Source: an uncultured phage cr131_1. Taken from it: a DNA stretch of 40,000 nt. A program made the translations under genes and the position numbers. The DNA is taken from sequence record NC_055902.1, one strand, 5' to 3'. The notes beneath the pieces were generated by a model. That model had not been told where the DNA came from. It was given only the letters and a program-made list of their open reading frames with translations, and did not search any database. This document shows positions 15,001-26,767 of this stretch, piece after piece (position 1 is the stretch's first letter; each line of letters starts with the position of its first letter).

Positions 15001-17266
15001 TAATTTCATAAAAATCAATAAAACTATTGCAATAGGAGCTAGAGTTACAGATATGGCAAACCTGCCGATTTTCATAACAACAGTCGTCCCAGGACGAAGT
15101 GGCAGAAATGCAAGTGATTATGTAGCATATCGTTTGGCATATACAATAACAGTAAATGAAGATTCCAAGACATATGGTTATCCTGTGTATGTTCGTTGTA
15201 GTAGAAAAGGGTATACCAGTTCGGATAAACGAAACAATATATATGAATATGGATGGCATTTTAATTACGCAGAAAATGAACGTATTGAATATGCAAACTT
15301 TGATTATGATGCAGGTATTAAGAGAGTTACAGATTATCTAAACTCTAACATTATACAATTAAATGACCTTAAAACTAGGTTACCTGAATTGTCAGATGCA
15401 ATAGCAAAGGTTTATGTAGGAATGCCTGCAGAAAATATTAATCCTATAGATTCTGCACCTGAGCAATAGCCACAACAAACAGGCCCTGTTAATGTATATT
15501 ACGGAACTGGAGACAATATATCATTAAGTAATTTTGCATGGCGACAGTTTGATACACGTATAGGACAATTTAATACTGTAGAAGGAGCATTTCAGGCATG
15601 TAAATTATGGTATACAAAAGGACTTAAGTATGTGATTCGTGATAGTAATGGACGTATTACTAAATTTACCGATGAAGGTGTTCGTATACTAAATGCTTTG
15701 CAAAAAGCATCTGGTGCAGAAGCACGCAAGATAGGACGAAGTATACAAGGTTTAAATGTTACAGAATGGGATAAGATGTCTGATGGTATATTTGAAGATT
15801 TGATGCGCAGATCTTTTGAACAAAATGAATCTGCTAGAGATGAATTAGTATCAACAGGAAACCGCTAGATTACACACATCGGTCGAGATGGAAAAGAAGA
15901 AGATAATGGTAGATTTAGTAGAATTCTAACTAAGATTAGAGATGAATTTGCTTCGTTACGTCCACCAGTATCGTCCAAGATATTTACACCAGGATTATAT
16001 ACTAGACAAGCTGTAGAGAATGATAGAAAAACGTTATATATATTTACAGATAATACAGATAGAGATAGTGGTAGTAAACTAATAGATCCGAATTCTGAAT
16101 ACGCTAAGAAATACGGTAAAGATAAACATTATCCTACAGTAACTCAAGCTACTATACGTGGATTGGACAATGCTATGCCATTGAGTACACAACGTTGGTA
16201 CAATGCCGAACATAAAGGTGAAAAAGGTAGATGGACTGATAATGATTTTGCTGAATTCAAGAAGGTAATTGATGCAGAGATACAAGACATTATGGATAAA
16301 TGGGATACTGGTAACTATGAAAGATTAGCTGTTGGTGGAACAGATGGATTCTTTAACTCTGGTATTTCTAATATTACTATAACTAGAACACCTAAGTTAT
16401 ATCAATATCTAAAACAGAAAGTACAAGAATTGTATAAACATGTTGATGAAGATGCTACTAAATCAACATTAAAGGGCCCACTAAATCAGCATAATACAGA
16501 TCAATTTGGAACTATTTCAGAACAAGTTTCTACATTAAATTCTAATAAAACTATTCTCGGTTATCTTATAGAACACAAAGAATTGTTGCAATCAACAACA
16601 CAGTTTACTAAAACTAAAAAAATAGCTAAGAATTATCAGGAATACATAGATGTAATATAGAAGTATTTTGATATAGGTTATACTACCAGTAGAATTGGTA
16701 AAGATGCAGCTGGTCAAGTGATATAGAAATTACATATACGTGTAGACGAAGATAGTGATTTGTTTGACGCCATGAAAGATAATAATTTGTCAGAAAGAGA
16801 TTTATTGAACGCTTTGTACGCATTAGCTGAACACAATACCGATGCTGCTAATATCAAAGGAACTATTATCATGTCGCAAGAAGAAGTTGACAACCTTATA
16901 AAAGAATTAAAGGCCGTTAATGAAACTGCAGGCGAAATTATGGAGAAGTACTTTGATGGAAGTTATTTGGGATATGGCGACGAAATCTACAATAAAACAG
17001 GTGTAGTAGTAGATAAAAAATTCTTGTCAGATTATAACTTTATGATGAATCATAAATAGTATTTAAATATGTATAGAACTTTAGCAGAATATATTCATGG
17101 TATATACGACGAATTCCAATTAACTCTTGAAACTGATAAATATGATCTGTCTGATTTAATGTCGGTAGATTCTACATTTGATAATATAAATCAGCTTGAA
17201 CTGTTTAGCGACGAGGATATGAAAGAAGCTAAAGAAATGAAAAAATATTGTAAAGGAGGAAATTAA
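27..17266 (+). CDS. Giant late protein (ORF A), about 5.4 kaa after intron removal, TAG read as Gln; contains an RNAP beta'-like catalytic region and a zincin motif. join(27..12152,13064..17266). The frame is also open from 27 back to the window edge, so the true start may lie upstream
   Basis: All plus-strand ORF-track pieces from 27 to 12266 start in the same frame (coordinate mod 3 = 0), and all pieces from 13061 to 17266 share mod 3 = 2. The 911-nt intron (911 mod 3 = 2) accounts for the shift exactly. Pieces I checked are separated only by TAG. Terminal stop is TAA at 17264-17266. Confidence 0.9.
7170..7670 (+). other. Zincin-like metallopeptidase domain within ORF A (HEAFH at 7233-7247)
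   Basis: 'KSAAYHEAFHKIFELLVP...ATDRQIAEEFADLFTRYMA': HExxH followed by a downstream Glu-containing helix. Confidence 0.65.
12153..13063 (+). mobile_element. Group I self-splicing intron, 911 nt, with an internal homing endonuclease ORF
   Basis: 5' exon ends in T, intron ends in G. P1: exon ACTGGTTCGGAT (12141-12152) pairs with GTTCGAACCAGT (12166-12177) over 12 positions, closing with a U.G at the splice site. P element AATTGCTGGGAA (12198-12209), Q AATCAGCAGCCAAGC (12227-12241), R GGTTCAACGACTA (12253-12265), S AAGATATAGTC (13019-13029), P7 GACTA/TAGTC. P9 hairpin CTACATA-GTAA-TATGTAG (13034-13051) has a GNRA loop. Splicing restores the frame. Confidence 0.96.
12304..13032 (+). CDS. LAGLIDADG homing endonuclease encoded in the group I intron, 242 aa with two in-frame TAGs (12748-12750, 12787-12789)
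   Basis: Motifs 'LMIGALLGDGSI' and 'LGIAIWYMDDGHI'. The frame continues past two TAGs to TGA at 13030-13032. Location inside a group I intron. Confidence 0.92.
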
Positions 17267-17268
17267 TT

Positions 17269-20200
17269 ATGGCACCATTTTGCCCAAATTTGAGTAATAA
17301 AAACGTAAGAGAGAAATTTGAAGAGCTCACTAATATATTTGGTGAAGATATGGCTTATTTCCTCTGGGGTAAAAATGGAGGGTACCCGTTAGACTACGCG
17401 CCTAACGGGGCGCCTTCTATTTTATTAAATAAACTAGAATAGTTTTATGGAAATAGAGAGGAAGCACTTGTAGCTAAAGCTAAAGTATATTCTTCTAATT
17501 TTATACAATGGTTTGGTGATTGGACTGGAGAAGATAAGTCCAATGTATCTAAAGTAGTAGATGAAAATGGAGAACCATTAGTAGTATATCATACTGTTTC
17601 TGGAGACGTTATACTAAAAGGAGAAGCAGATTTTAATATATTTGATCCAAATTACGAAGACACATCTGGTGAAAACCCATCTTTTTTGTATTTTACAGAC
17701 AATGAAGAAATGTCAAGATCTTTCTCATAGCAGTCTGACAACATATATGAAAATAGATCAGTAGGTAAGATGGAAGCATTCTAGGCCGCAAAAGAATGGG
17801 CTTAGAAACATGTAGATCCACAATTACCAAGACTACAGCCTTTATCTAAAGAATAGAGACAGCCTATTGAAAAAAAGCTTAAGGAAGATTTTCAAAAAGA
17901 GCACCCTAACTACAAACTAAACTTCTCTTAGAAAGAGTATGGCAAATTACGTTATTCAATTAAACGTAAAGAAGAAGATGATAAAACTAGATTGGCTAAA
18001 ATACTATTCGGAACATCTACTAAAAGCCTATCTCCAGAAACTATAGACACTGTAGCTCTTATGAAAGAACTATTTAGAACTGTTCATGGACGAAGTGAAC
18101 ATGAAGAGGCGATAGTTAGAATAATAGGAAGTCTGGTGCATACACTTGGTATACGTATTGGTTTTAGTGATACGTTACCTTCTGATATAGCTGCTAAATA
18201 TGATGCAAATACTAAAACAATATGGATAACAAATAAGAATGTTGGATTTGTTAATACAAATAAGTATGAAAATACTATTATCCAGACTGTTATGCACGAG
18301 CTACTCCACGCTATTACAGAAGAAGCTATCAATCATAATCAAGCATTATACGACGAAATAGATACGTTACGTCGTAAAGTAATAAAAGAATTAGGTGAAG
18401 ACGCAAATATATATGGACTAACTGATGTACATGAGTTTATTGCTGAATTGTCGAACATGGATTTTATTAAGATACTTAAGCAAATAAAAGCTGACAAAAA
18501 GCTTAATATGTTCCAAAAAATATTGCGTACAATAAGCGCTGCGCTTAATGCACTACTCGGCAAGGTAATAAATAAAGATAATGGAACAGCCTACAGTGAA
18601 GCTATGTAGCTTCTATTAAAAGCTGCATATCCGAAAGAATACAACCTCCCATTGGTAGATACGGTAGAGGATAAAAAGACTGTATTTGCTCAATAGACTG
18701 TTACAAATATGTCAAACATTTAGGAGTCACTATAGTCACAAATAATAAAGCAATTTTCTAAACTTGAAAAAGTCTACGAGAAAATGCCTAATAAAACAGA
18801 TGAACGACAAAAGATATAGGACGCTATTTTTGAGAAAATAACACAACTGAAATCTGCAAGTGACTATGAAGCTGCTAAAATGGCTGTGTATTTTGCCTTA
18901 GATAATCTGGGAACAATTGATTCTACGACAGGCAATCCTACAAAAAAAGAATCAGTATTAGGTTTCTTAAAAGAACAATCAGAATTACCAGAACCATATT
19001 CCGGAATTACTCCACAAATGCTGATGGATATGTATCGTGACGATATAGCATTCTATGACGAATTAAATTCAAATATTCTTCCGCAAAATACATCGAAAAT
19101 AGTTGATAAAGAGTATCGAGATGCAAGAGACAAGCTTGGTCCGACTATTAACGCAGCAAAAAATTCCTGGAAAGACGCTATGGTAGTTGTTGTAGATAGA
19201 ATACTTGATAAATACATGGCTATTGATTTTTATGCGGCACATCCAGAACAAATAGAAGGTCATAGAAAGCTTTTGCGTGATTACTTTCATCAAAACCTTC
19301 AATATGAAGACATAGGTGTAGTTTCTGAGTGGATGGAAGATCCATCGCACTCTGAAAGTCTTGTTATAAAATACATGTCTAGCATAATAGACCACGCTGA
19401 AACTAAAACCCAAATTGAAGCGAACGATGCTGCAACTAAAGTTCAGCGTGATTACAATAAAGCCAGCAGATTAACTAAGTTGTTCGGAATGAATTGGCAA
19501 AAAAATATGATGGAGTTTGACAGAGAAGGAATTCCTACTGGATTCTTTGTTCGTCCTATCAATTATGGCCAATATCAGTTGGATCTAAATAAATTTATTG
19601 AAGAACTGAATGATAAATTTGATAATATGCCTGGCGTCATGCATCATTATATTATTGATGAGGCTACTGGTCAATATATGAATAGTGTAACAGGTTAGCT
19701 TGCTGAAGATGAGGAGTTTGGCGATAATGGCGAAATGCCAGATATATATAAGTATCTTACCGAAATAGAAAAATGGAAGTGTAGCCATGCAAACAGGCGT
19801 TATACTCTTAAATATTATCTAGAACGAATGAGTGCTCCAGTATAGCAAGTAACTTACGACGTCGTTGTAGACGATATGGTATCTAAACGTCACGGATTAT
19901 CTCCAAAAACGCTCATTCGATATAATAGAATTCAGTCAAATATCAACTATTATTTGGATAAATGTACTGATGAAAATGGATTCACTAGAATAGAAAAACT
20001 TAGTGACGATGACTTAGCTAAATTGAAGATACAACAAACAGAGCTTGCCTTGTTGCAAAATGTATACGACGAAAATGGTAACTATAAGACCGGAAAAGAT
20101 CTTTAGATGGCTATGGAGATTCGATCATGGCAGGCTTATGTGAACAAGTCTGTTACAACCAATGTAGACTATGCGCAATTTGATAATGAGCTGTCTTAGA

Positions 20201-23200
20201 TAACAGATCCCGCAGAAAGATAGAGATTTATTCAGTATAATACTAGGTATATGATAAATCCTACCTATATGGAAGATTATATGCCTAAGAATCTACGTGG
20301 AGACGAACCTCTCGATGTAGTATTAGCAAGATATGAATAGGCTGCATTAAAAGACTGTGTTAAGTATGATAATGCAGATACTATAGAAAAGGATTTAGCT
20401 ATAAAAGAAAATGATTTAGGCTTCTGGAAAAATTGTAAACGTGTAGAATAGACTATTGAATACGGTAAATATGAAGACCCAAACCAACCTAAGAGCGATT
20501 TTAAAGATTATTTCCAGTATGTACCACAAGTGTACAGAGATCCAGCAGGTAGAGTATTTCATAAGGATGGAACACTTGCTACAGATAGTGAAGTAAGAGC
20601 TTATTATAATGCGACAACAGCCGAAGAACGCAATAAACTTAATATCAGAACATGGTATGACCATATGATAAAGAAATATTATGATAAGGCAGTTACCGAT
20701 GGTTATATACGAGATTTTGTTGACGACAATGGTGCACTTATAGATTTTAGATCTATGAGCGAAACATAGATAAGAGATACAATAATAGATTTCTTCTCAT
20801 ATAGAGATGTAGATGGATATACTCACCCGTTGCATATGTTTAGTAATATATATCCTACACAAACAAGTACTATGTTAGCTCGAGGGAAAGATGGTCAGAT
20901 TAGTGTACGCGGCATTATTGATAGAGTTCCAATTGGACGTTTCGCAGAAAAACATGACCCACTTTTCTTTAATGATCAATATGATCACGCCGATCATAAT
21001 TCTGAACAGCCAATGAAAGAGTTTTATGATAACTCAGAAGCATGGAGTAAGGTTGAAAAAGATAGAAACCTACACAAATTATATAATTCATTGATAGAAA
21101 TGATGCAACAATCACAATAGGATTACGGAGCTAAAAATTCTATATTTAACTATCGTCTTCCTAAGTATGAAGCGTCAAACATTGCTCAAATGTCAAGAGT
21201 ATTAAAAAAAGGTTATAACATGGCTGATGCATGGGAAGCTGTCAAAGATAGTTTCACTGGCAATAGAGCTATCGATGAAGATGTTCGTGTAAATGATGGA
21301 TACCAATATTCAGCGGATGGAACAGGCTTTGGAGCAGATATTTCACTTAGATATGTAGGTTCTCTTGAGAATCGTAAACGCTATTCATTTGATGTTACTG
21401 CAGCTGTACTGATGTATATGCATATGGCTAAAAACTATAAATATAAAAAACAAGTTGAAGCTGAGTTATGGTCATTGCGTCAAGCTCTTAGAGCAGAGAA
21501 TAGAACTGATGTGTTCAATGAAATTCCAAGAACAGAAGCTTTAGCTGATAACTTACTTAATATGAAATTATACGGAGGAACTCCTACTGGACAATCTGCA
21601 GCAGCTGCAAAATTAAGCGCTTAGGTTCGTAGTATGGCATCTTTAGGTGTATTAGCTAATAACTTCCTTTCTGCATTCTATGGCTTAACAGATGCTTCTC
21701 GTGTATTGCTTAGAGATGCATGGAGCGGACAGTATATATCTATGCGTGATATAACGAGCGCATCATATCATGAATTAATAAGATTGCCTCTAATGCTTGC
21801 AAATACAGGAAATCCTTTAGCTAACAACTTGTAGTCGGCATTAATGCGACGTTTTGGAGTCGGTACTTAGTTTGATAACAACGTTGCAAATATTGGAGAT
21901 GCCAGAGCCATAAGAATAGCCAAGAAATTAGCAATGGCGTCGTTCTCAATGGTAGACCATCATATGAATGCTATATTGCTGAACGCCGTAATGAGTTCAT
22001 ATAGATTCTATGATGGAGATAATGAAATTCCAGCTGGATTTTATACTGCAGACAAACTAGAAGATTTATTCGTTTTACATGGTAGAACTATAAACGCCGC
22101 TAGTCGTAAAAGATTGTTTGAAACTCGTACTTTGTGGAACGCATATGAGTTTAAAGACGGAAAAGCTGTCATAAAAGATAAATATAAATAGTATGTTACA
22201 CCAGAACTAGAAAAAGCTTTAATAAAAACTGTTAAATTAAGAGGCGGTATGGTTAATGGACTTGGAGTCGAAGGTGAAGCAGCAATGTATAAAAATAGTA
22301 TGGCTGGACAATTCTTCTTAGGTATGCGTCACTGGATGGTACAGCGTAATCAAGAATGGTTCTCTGGAAGAGACGATGTGAATTATAGAGATATTTCGGT
22401 AGAAAAAGAAGAATATACACAAAACGGAAAAACTAAAGTTAAGTATAAAGTGAAAAAAGCTCCATTGACAAGGCAGCAATTAGAAAATGCTAAATCTGTT
22501 AATATTGCAGAAGGAGGAGCTCGTGAACCTGAAATAGCAAAAGCGTCATGGCGTGCTCTTGGTGTATTAATTAGGAATTTTACACATTATATTACATTCG
22601 GCATAAAATACAAAAACGAATTTAGACATCTGTCTAAACCAGAACGAAAAGCTATTAGACAAAATTTTGTAGAATTAGCAATGTTGTGTATACTGGTAGC
22701 GTGCGCTCAGTTTATGGCAGCATGGGCATTTCAAGGTGGAGGTGATGACGATGATGATTATTTAGATAGAGAAGACTCTTCATTATCAGAAGTTATTATG
22801 CATGACTTTAAAGATTATACAAACTTTTTCAGTAAACACAGATATAGACATGTTATGTATAATGGTTACATTCGTACTACAGCAAGTGCTCTTGAACAAC
22901 AATCTCCATTTGGTATGATGTCAGTACTTAAGTCTGGTACTGTGTACTATAAAGCACTCGAGGATGTAGGTAAAATGCCTACTGCATTACTTAAACTAAT
23001 GTTTGATGACGATAGCGATGAAAAAATAAAGAATGGTTCATATAAAGGATATACAAATTTTCAAAGAGATATGTATGTAAGTAGTATTATACTGAATCAA
23101 TTACATAAATCGCTTTCAACACAAGGTATAGATGAGAACTCAAGTTATTATATAAAACAATTCTTACTCGATGCATTCTTCTTGAAAGCTTTTGGTTACG

Positions 23201-23349
23201 ACTATGACGCATTGAAGAAAAGTACATACAGTAATACGGTTACTGAAGGTGTCAAATATGATGAATTCGGTAATCCATATATAGATGATGGAGGAAGCGG
23301 GTATGACCCAAATGCAGTACTCAGTGCGTCTGACGCATCGCCGTTTTAA
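17269..23349 (+). CDS. Giant late protein (ORF B), about 2026 aa, TAG read as Gln
   Basis: ATG at 17269 preceded by AAAGGAGG at 17252-17259. Successive ORF-track pieces (17992, 18880, 19876, 20530, 20830, 21190, 21634, 21934, 22249) all share mod 3 = 1 and are separated by TAG. Ends at TAA 23347-23349. Confidence 0.9.
17400..17740 (+). other. Probable ADP-ribosyltransferase-like (ART-PolyVal type) domain near the N-terminus of ORF B
   Basis: 'FIQWFGDWTGEDKSNVSKVVDENGEPLVVYHTVSGDVILKGEADFNIFDPNYEDTSGENPSFLYFTDNEEMSRSFS' matches the 'F..WFGDW...SKVVDENGEPLVVYHGT...F..FD...' signature typical of that family. Confidence 0.65.
18100..18580 (+). other. Zincin-like metallopeptidase domain within ORF B (HELLH at 18295-18309)
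   Basis: 'TIIQTVMHELLHAITEEAINHNQALYDEIDTLRRK...YGLTDVHEFIAELSNMDFIKIL': HExxH plus a downstream 'HEFIAE'. Confidence 0.75.
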
Positions 23350-23426
23350 TTCATTTGGCTGATAATAAAATAAAAAAAAATAAACGAAAATTTTTCGCTA
23401 AAATGTGTCATTCTATTTATGACATC

Positions 23427-23464
23427 AAAAAAGGGGATAACTTCTTACGAAGTTACCCCCTTTA
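23427..23464. terminator. Bidirectional intrinsic terminator between the converging plus- and minus-strand modules
   Basis: AAAAAAGGGGATAACTTCTTACGAAGTTACCCCCTTTAA: strong GGGG/TAACTTC...GAAGTTA/CCCC stem flanked by A-run and T-run. A second perfect hairpin, TGTCAT...ATGACA, lies just before it. Confidence 0.85.
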
Positions 23465-23926
23465 ATTGTATATATACCATGGTGGCGGAACGAATTCCGC
23501 CAATGGCATACTATGTTTTTTATCTAACGCAAGTACCGAATTTTCGGTAACGGTTTCTTTGTCTTCATCTAATTTACCCCAAAAGTCTACATAACGGTTC
23601 TTTTGGTCAAATGATAGAGATACAAGATTATTATAAAATTTAGATACTTCTGGGTTTACAAAAAACGAATACACTACATACGACTTATTGTCGATTACTT
23701 TATTATATGTCTTCTTTACACTATAAGAAGATGCAAGTCTTCGGAACAAATCTATAGTATATTCATTGTATACAGAATTATCAAACATTATATAAAACTC
23801 ATTGTTTCCAGTAGGATTATCAGGGTCATATGTATAACAATCTTTAAATCCTACCGAATTTGTAAAATCCAGTTTCTTTAATTCTGGTGCAATAAAAGGT
23901 ATTATTATTTTTTCAAAAAGACTCAT
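23462..23926 (-). CDS. Hypothetical protein, 154 aa
   Basis: Intact ORF, TAA stop, start overlaps the upstream gene. Confidence 0.75.
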   Translation of the reverse strand: MSLFEKIIIPFIAPELKKLDFTNSVGFKDCYTYDPDNPTGNNEFYIMFDNSVYNEYTIDLFRRLASSYSVKKTYNKVIDNKSYVVYSFFVNPEVSKFYNNLVSLSFDQKNRYVDFWGKLDEDKETVTENSVLALDKKHSMPLAEFVPPPWYIYN

Positions 23927-24933
23927 AGGTTCAATTTTTCGACTCCTGTTCCCTCGTAGTACGCTCTACTATGTTCCCACAGATTATTTTCCATGTGCCA
24001 TACGATATCACGTATAGCGCAATATACCTTATCTTCATTGTTTTTTTCATAGTATATCTGATTTTCATCAAATTCAAATACACGAATTTCAGAAGTAAAG
24101 CTATCTATGGCTATGATATACCAGTTAAATTTCCAGTAACCTGGCTTTTCATGTAATTCGTTTTTAATATACCAATCTAACGCTAACGTATAATAATACA
24201 ACTGTCTTGTATAATCATACGTATTGACAGCATCTGCAAAGTTGTGTAAATGAGATGTTGTCTTTAAATCCATTAGAGTAACTTGTTTCTTATCAAAATC
24301 AAAGGTAACGCTATCAAGTAAAGACTTACACATACAAGTAAAATCGATGTCGTTATCATCTTTGTAAGAACTGTACGTCCAATTGATATGAAATTCATGA
24401 AAAACTTTTTCATTGTCTGCTGGTTTTAATAGTTTTGAAGCTGCTTTATGTTTAGATATATTAGACTTAATTGTCTGAAGCTGCATGGCCTGATAATTAG
24501 TAATCATCTCTCGCCTATCTCCAGACTTCTTAAAGTCAATATAATCCTTAAGCGTAGAGGCCTTTTTAAGGGCTTCTGAGAGGACTTTATCGTCGCTCTT
24601 TCCGCTTGTACTGTAAGCTGCTTTATATGCGCTTATAAGGGCTTTATTTGGTTCTATTTCAATGCTATCTGCTAATGCCTGACAGAACATTTCTTCTTGT
24701 ACAGAAGAAGGTCTACTTTTATTCCAGACTACATAGTCTTTTTGGAATTCTTCAGGCTGTAAAAGATACTCATGTATCATGGTACCTTTAGTCAAAGCTA
24801 AAGATTTTTCCTCTTCACCTTTGCCAGATAGCATTTTATGTAAATAGGCTGGCCCCTTGTTCAGAAACCAGCCTATATTTGAATTACTCAAACGGGTAAG
24901 GTCCTCGTAATATGGGACAGATAAATCCATCAT
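23923..24933 (-). CDS. PD-(D/E)XK nuclease (RecB/RecE-like exonuclease)
   Basis: 'ALTKGTMIHEYLLQP', 'SLLDSVTFDFDKKQVTLMDLKTT', 'YTRQLYYYTLALD': PDDEXK core order. Confidence 0.82.
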   Translation of the reverse strand: MMDLSVPYYEDLTRLSNSNIGWFLNKGPAYLHKMLSGKGEEEKSLALTKGTMIHEYLLQPEEFQKDYVVWNKSRPSSVQEEMFCQALADSIEIEPNKALISAYKAAYSTSGKSDDKVLSEALKKASTLKDYIDFKKSGDRREMITNYQAMQLQTIKSNISKHKAASKLLKPADNEKVFHEFHINWTYSSYKDDNDIDFTCMCKSLLDSVTFDFDKKQVTLMDLKTTSHLHNFADAVNTYDYTRQLYYYTLALDWYIKNELHEKPGYWKFNWYIIAIDSFTSEIRVFEFDENQIYYEKNNEDKVYCAIRDIVWHMENNLWEHSRAYYEGTGVEKLNL

Positions 24934-25074
24934 ATTAGTCTAAGTTATTCGTCATAAAGTTGGTGATCTAGCTCTTTAAGTCGTTTTATACAATTTTTTA
25001 CTTCTATAGCATTCATACTACGTAAAGCATTTAATATTTGTAATCGTACTTGAGTTATCTCACTGCGTATTTCT

Positions 25075-25467
25075 TTATGCTCCATTTTTAATATCGTTTA
25101 TCATCTCGTCAACTTGCTTATGATTACGCACCATATAGCATTTGTATTTACTTCGATGACGTTTTAAATAATATTTAAAAAGTTTCCATCTGAGTGGAAA
25201 TGACTCTGTTATCATTCCCTTACATTCTACTACAAACTTATTGTTTTTGTAACTTCCAATAAAATCAGGTAGATATGTAATTGCTCTGATTTTTTCTTTT
25301 CCGAATTCGAACTTATTAAGTAAAGTGAAATGCTTTGGCTCATACTCAACTGGTATTCCAGCTTTCATAAAAGCTTCATAAGTATAGCATTCGAGTTTAC
25401 TGCGAAAATGCAGACCATACTTATCGACCTTAGTCGCATTCTTAACTCTACCTTCACTTTTTGGCAT
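25075..25467 (-). CDS. Small PD-(D/E)XK endonuclease (DUF1064/T7 endonuclease I-like)
   Basis: 'FRSKLECYTYEAFMKAGIPVEYEP...ITYLPDFIGSYKNNKFVVECKG': E...PDF...ECKG motifs. Confidence 0.75.
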   Translation of the reverse strand: MPKSEGRVKNATKVDKYGLHFRSKLECYTYEAFMKAGIPVEYEPKHFTLLNKFEFGKEKIRAITYLPDFIGSYKNNKFVVECKGMITESFPLRWKLFKYYLKRHRSKYKCYMVRNHKQVDEMINDIKNGA

Positions 25468-25687
25468 AACTTATAGAGTTTACGCCATTATTATCACCGA
25501 AGAAGTATACAAAATTATTCTTCGATTTAATCGATACAGAGAATTTGCCGTTTTTATCTCTGCATATATATCCATATGTACCAGTATTTATGGTAAAATA
25601 GTGTTTCTGTCGCAATAATGATATTACTGCTACTAAAATACCTCCAGCTAATCCGCTTAATACTGATAGAATCAAAGTTTCAATCAT
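25454..25687 (-). CDS. Small hypothetical protein with one N-terminal transmembrane segment
   Basis: 'MIETLILSVLSGLAGGILVAVISLLRQKH' hydrophobic N-terminus; overlaps both neighbours slightly. Confidence 0.6.
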   Translation of the reverse strand: MIETLILSVLSGLAGGILVAVISLLRQKHYFTINTGTYGYICRDKNGKFSVSIKSKNNFVYFFGDNNGVNSISYAKK

Positions 25688-26657
25688 ATTTCATTAATGT
25701 TTGTGTTAACCATTGTTTGACTTCATTGTACGAATTATCTTTTACAGCATCAGATACATCCTTCGCCTTAAAGCGTTTATGTACAAATAAAGCATCTAGT
25801 TTGTACTGTTTACTATATTTGCGAGATTCTAACATTCCTGTTTTATCTCTATCGTACAATATTATAACATTCTTCCACTTATGTCGTAACGAATCTAAAA
25901 TATCGTCTGGAATAAACGTTGTTTCGCTAGATGCAGCTATTGCATTAAAACCCATCTCGTATAAGCACATTACGTCTTTAAGACTTTTTGTGATTATAAG
26001 TAGATTACCTCCTTCCACAGGCAATTCGGATAGTCCCTGTACGTTCCGATTTGTCAGATTGGTACGCCATTTAGTATACTTGGAAGCAAGTGGGCGATAT
26101 ATTTTAAACTTATCGTCAACTTTATATGCATACATAGGACTAGTTTCTTTGTAGGTTCCTCTGACGACTCTATTACAAAGAAAGTATTTAATGCTAAATA
26201 CTTGAAACTTTCTCAACGTATCTATTGATATATGAAATTGTTTCCAGTATCGTTTATCTACATCTGTAAAAGGCTGTCTTACTATTCCGATATCTGTTAG
26301 CCCTGAATCCACCGAGTAGGAGTACGTGCGTATAGCATTACCACTATTAGGATTCATTTTTCGGACGATGCGCAACAATTCTCGTTCAAGTTCATCTTTT
26401 GTATTGATGTTCTTGTATAGTTTTACAAACTTAATAGCATTTCCGCCTTCTCCACTACCATGATCTTTGAAAAACAACCCTCCGTTTATACCTTTAAAGA
26501 TAGCAAACGAAGGGTTTTTATCATCAGATCGTAGCGGACTATTGAACAATTTTCCTATCTTAAATTGTCCAACATAGTAAGAATATATGTCATAATCAGT
26601 CAATTTATCCAACAAGTCTTTTAGACTCATTGTAATTGCTGTTCTAGTACTATACAT
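25680..26657 (-). CDS. DNA primase (DnaG-like, Toprim domain)
   Basis: 'SPLRSDDKNPSFAIFKGINGGLFFKDHGSGEGGNAIKFV' primase N-terminal signature; 'NLLIITKSLKDVMCLYEMGFNAIAASSE...VIILYDRDKTG' Toprim. Confidence 0.87.
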   Translation of the reverse strand: MYSTRTAITMSLKDLLDKLTDYDIYSYYVGQFKIGKLFNSPLRSDDKNPSFAIFKGINGGLFFKDHGSGEGGNAIKFVKLYKNINTKDELERELLRIVRKMNPNSGNAIRTYSYSVDSGLTDIGIVRQPFTDVDKRYWKQFHISIDTLRKFQVFSIKYFLCNRVVRGTYKETSPMYAYKVDDKFKIYRPLASKYTKWRTNLTNRNVQGLSELPVEGGNLLIITKSLKDVMCLYEMGFNAIAASSETTFIPDDILDSLRHKWKNVIILYDRDKTGMLESRKYSKQYKLDALFVHKRFKAKDVSDAVKDNSYNEVKQWLTQTLMKYD

Positions 26658-26681
26658 GACTTATAAGTTCTTAGTTAGTAG

Positions 26682-26767
26682 TGGCTCAAAGGGGACTCGA
26701 ACCCCCAAGTTCCTTTCGGAACGGCAGATTTTAAGTCTGCTGCGTATACCAATTTCGCCATCAAGCC
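26682..26767 (-). tRNA. tRNA-Leu (anticodon UAA), 86 nt, class II with long variable arm, no encoded CCA
   Basis: Reverse complement GGCTTGATGGCGAAATTGGTATACGCAGCAGACTTAAAATCTGCCGTTCCGAAAGGAACTTGGGGGTTCGAGTCCCCTTTGAGCCA folds canonically. Anticodon loop CTTAAAA, variable-arm hairpin, T-arm GGGGGTTCGAGTCCCC. Confidence 0.95.

Noticed and set aside
575-19788. Minus-strand ORFs in the track overlapping the giant plus-strand frames (e.g. 575..799, 3866..4258, 9851..10066, 19069..19413)
   Set aside because: Antisense to long coherent coding frames, short, no recognisable motifs; best explained as chance open frames.
1-23349. Interpreting the plus-strand half as a decayed region full of pseudogenes
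   Set aside because: All breaks I checked are TAG, the frame never shifts except by the exact intron length, and motifs (RNAP, HExxH, ART) are intact. Decay would also produce TAA/TGA and frameshifts.
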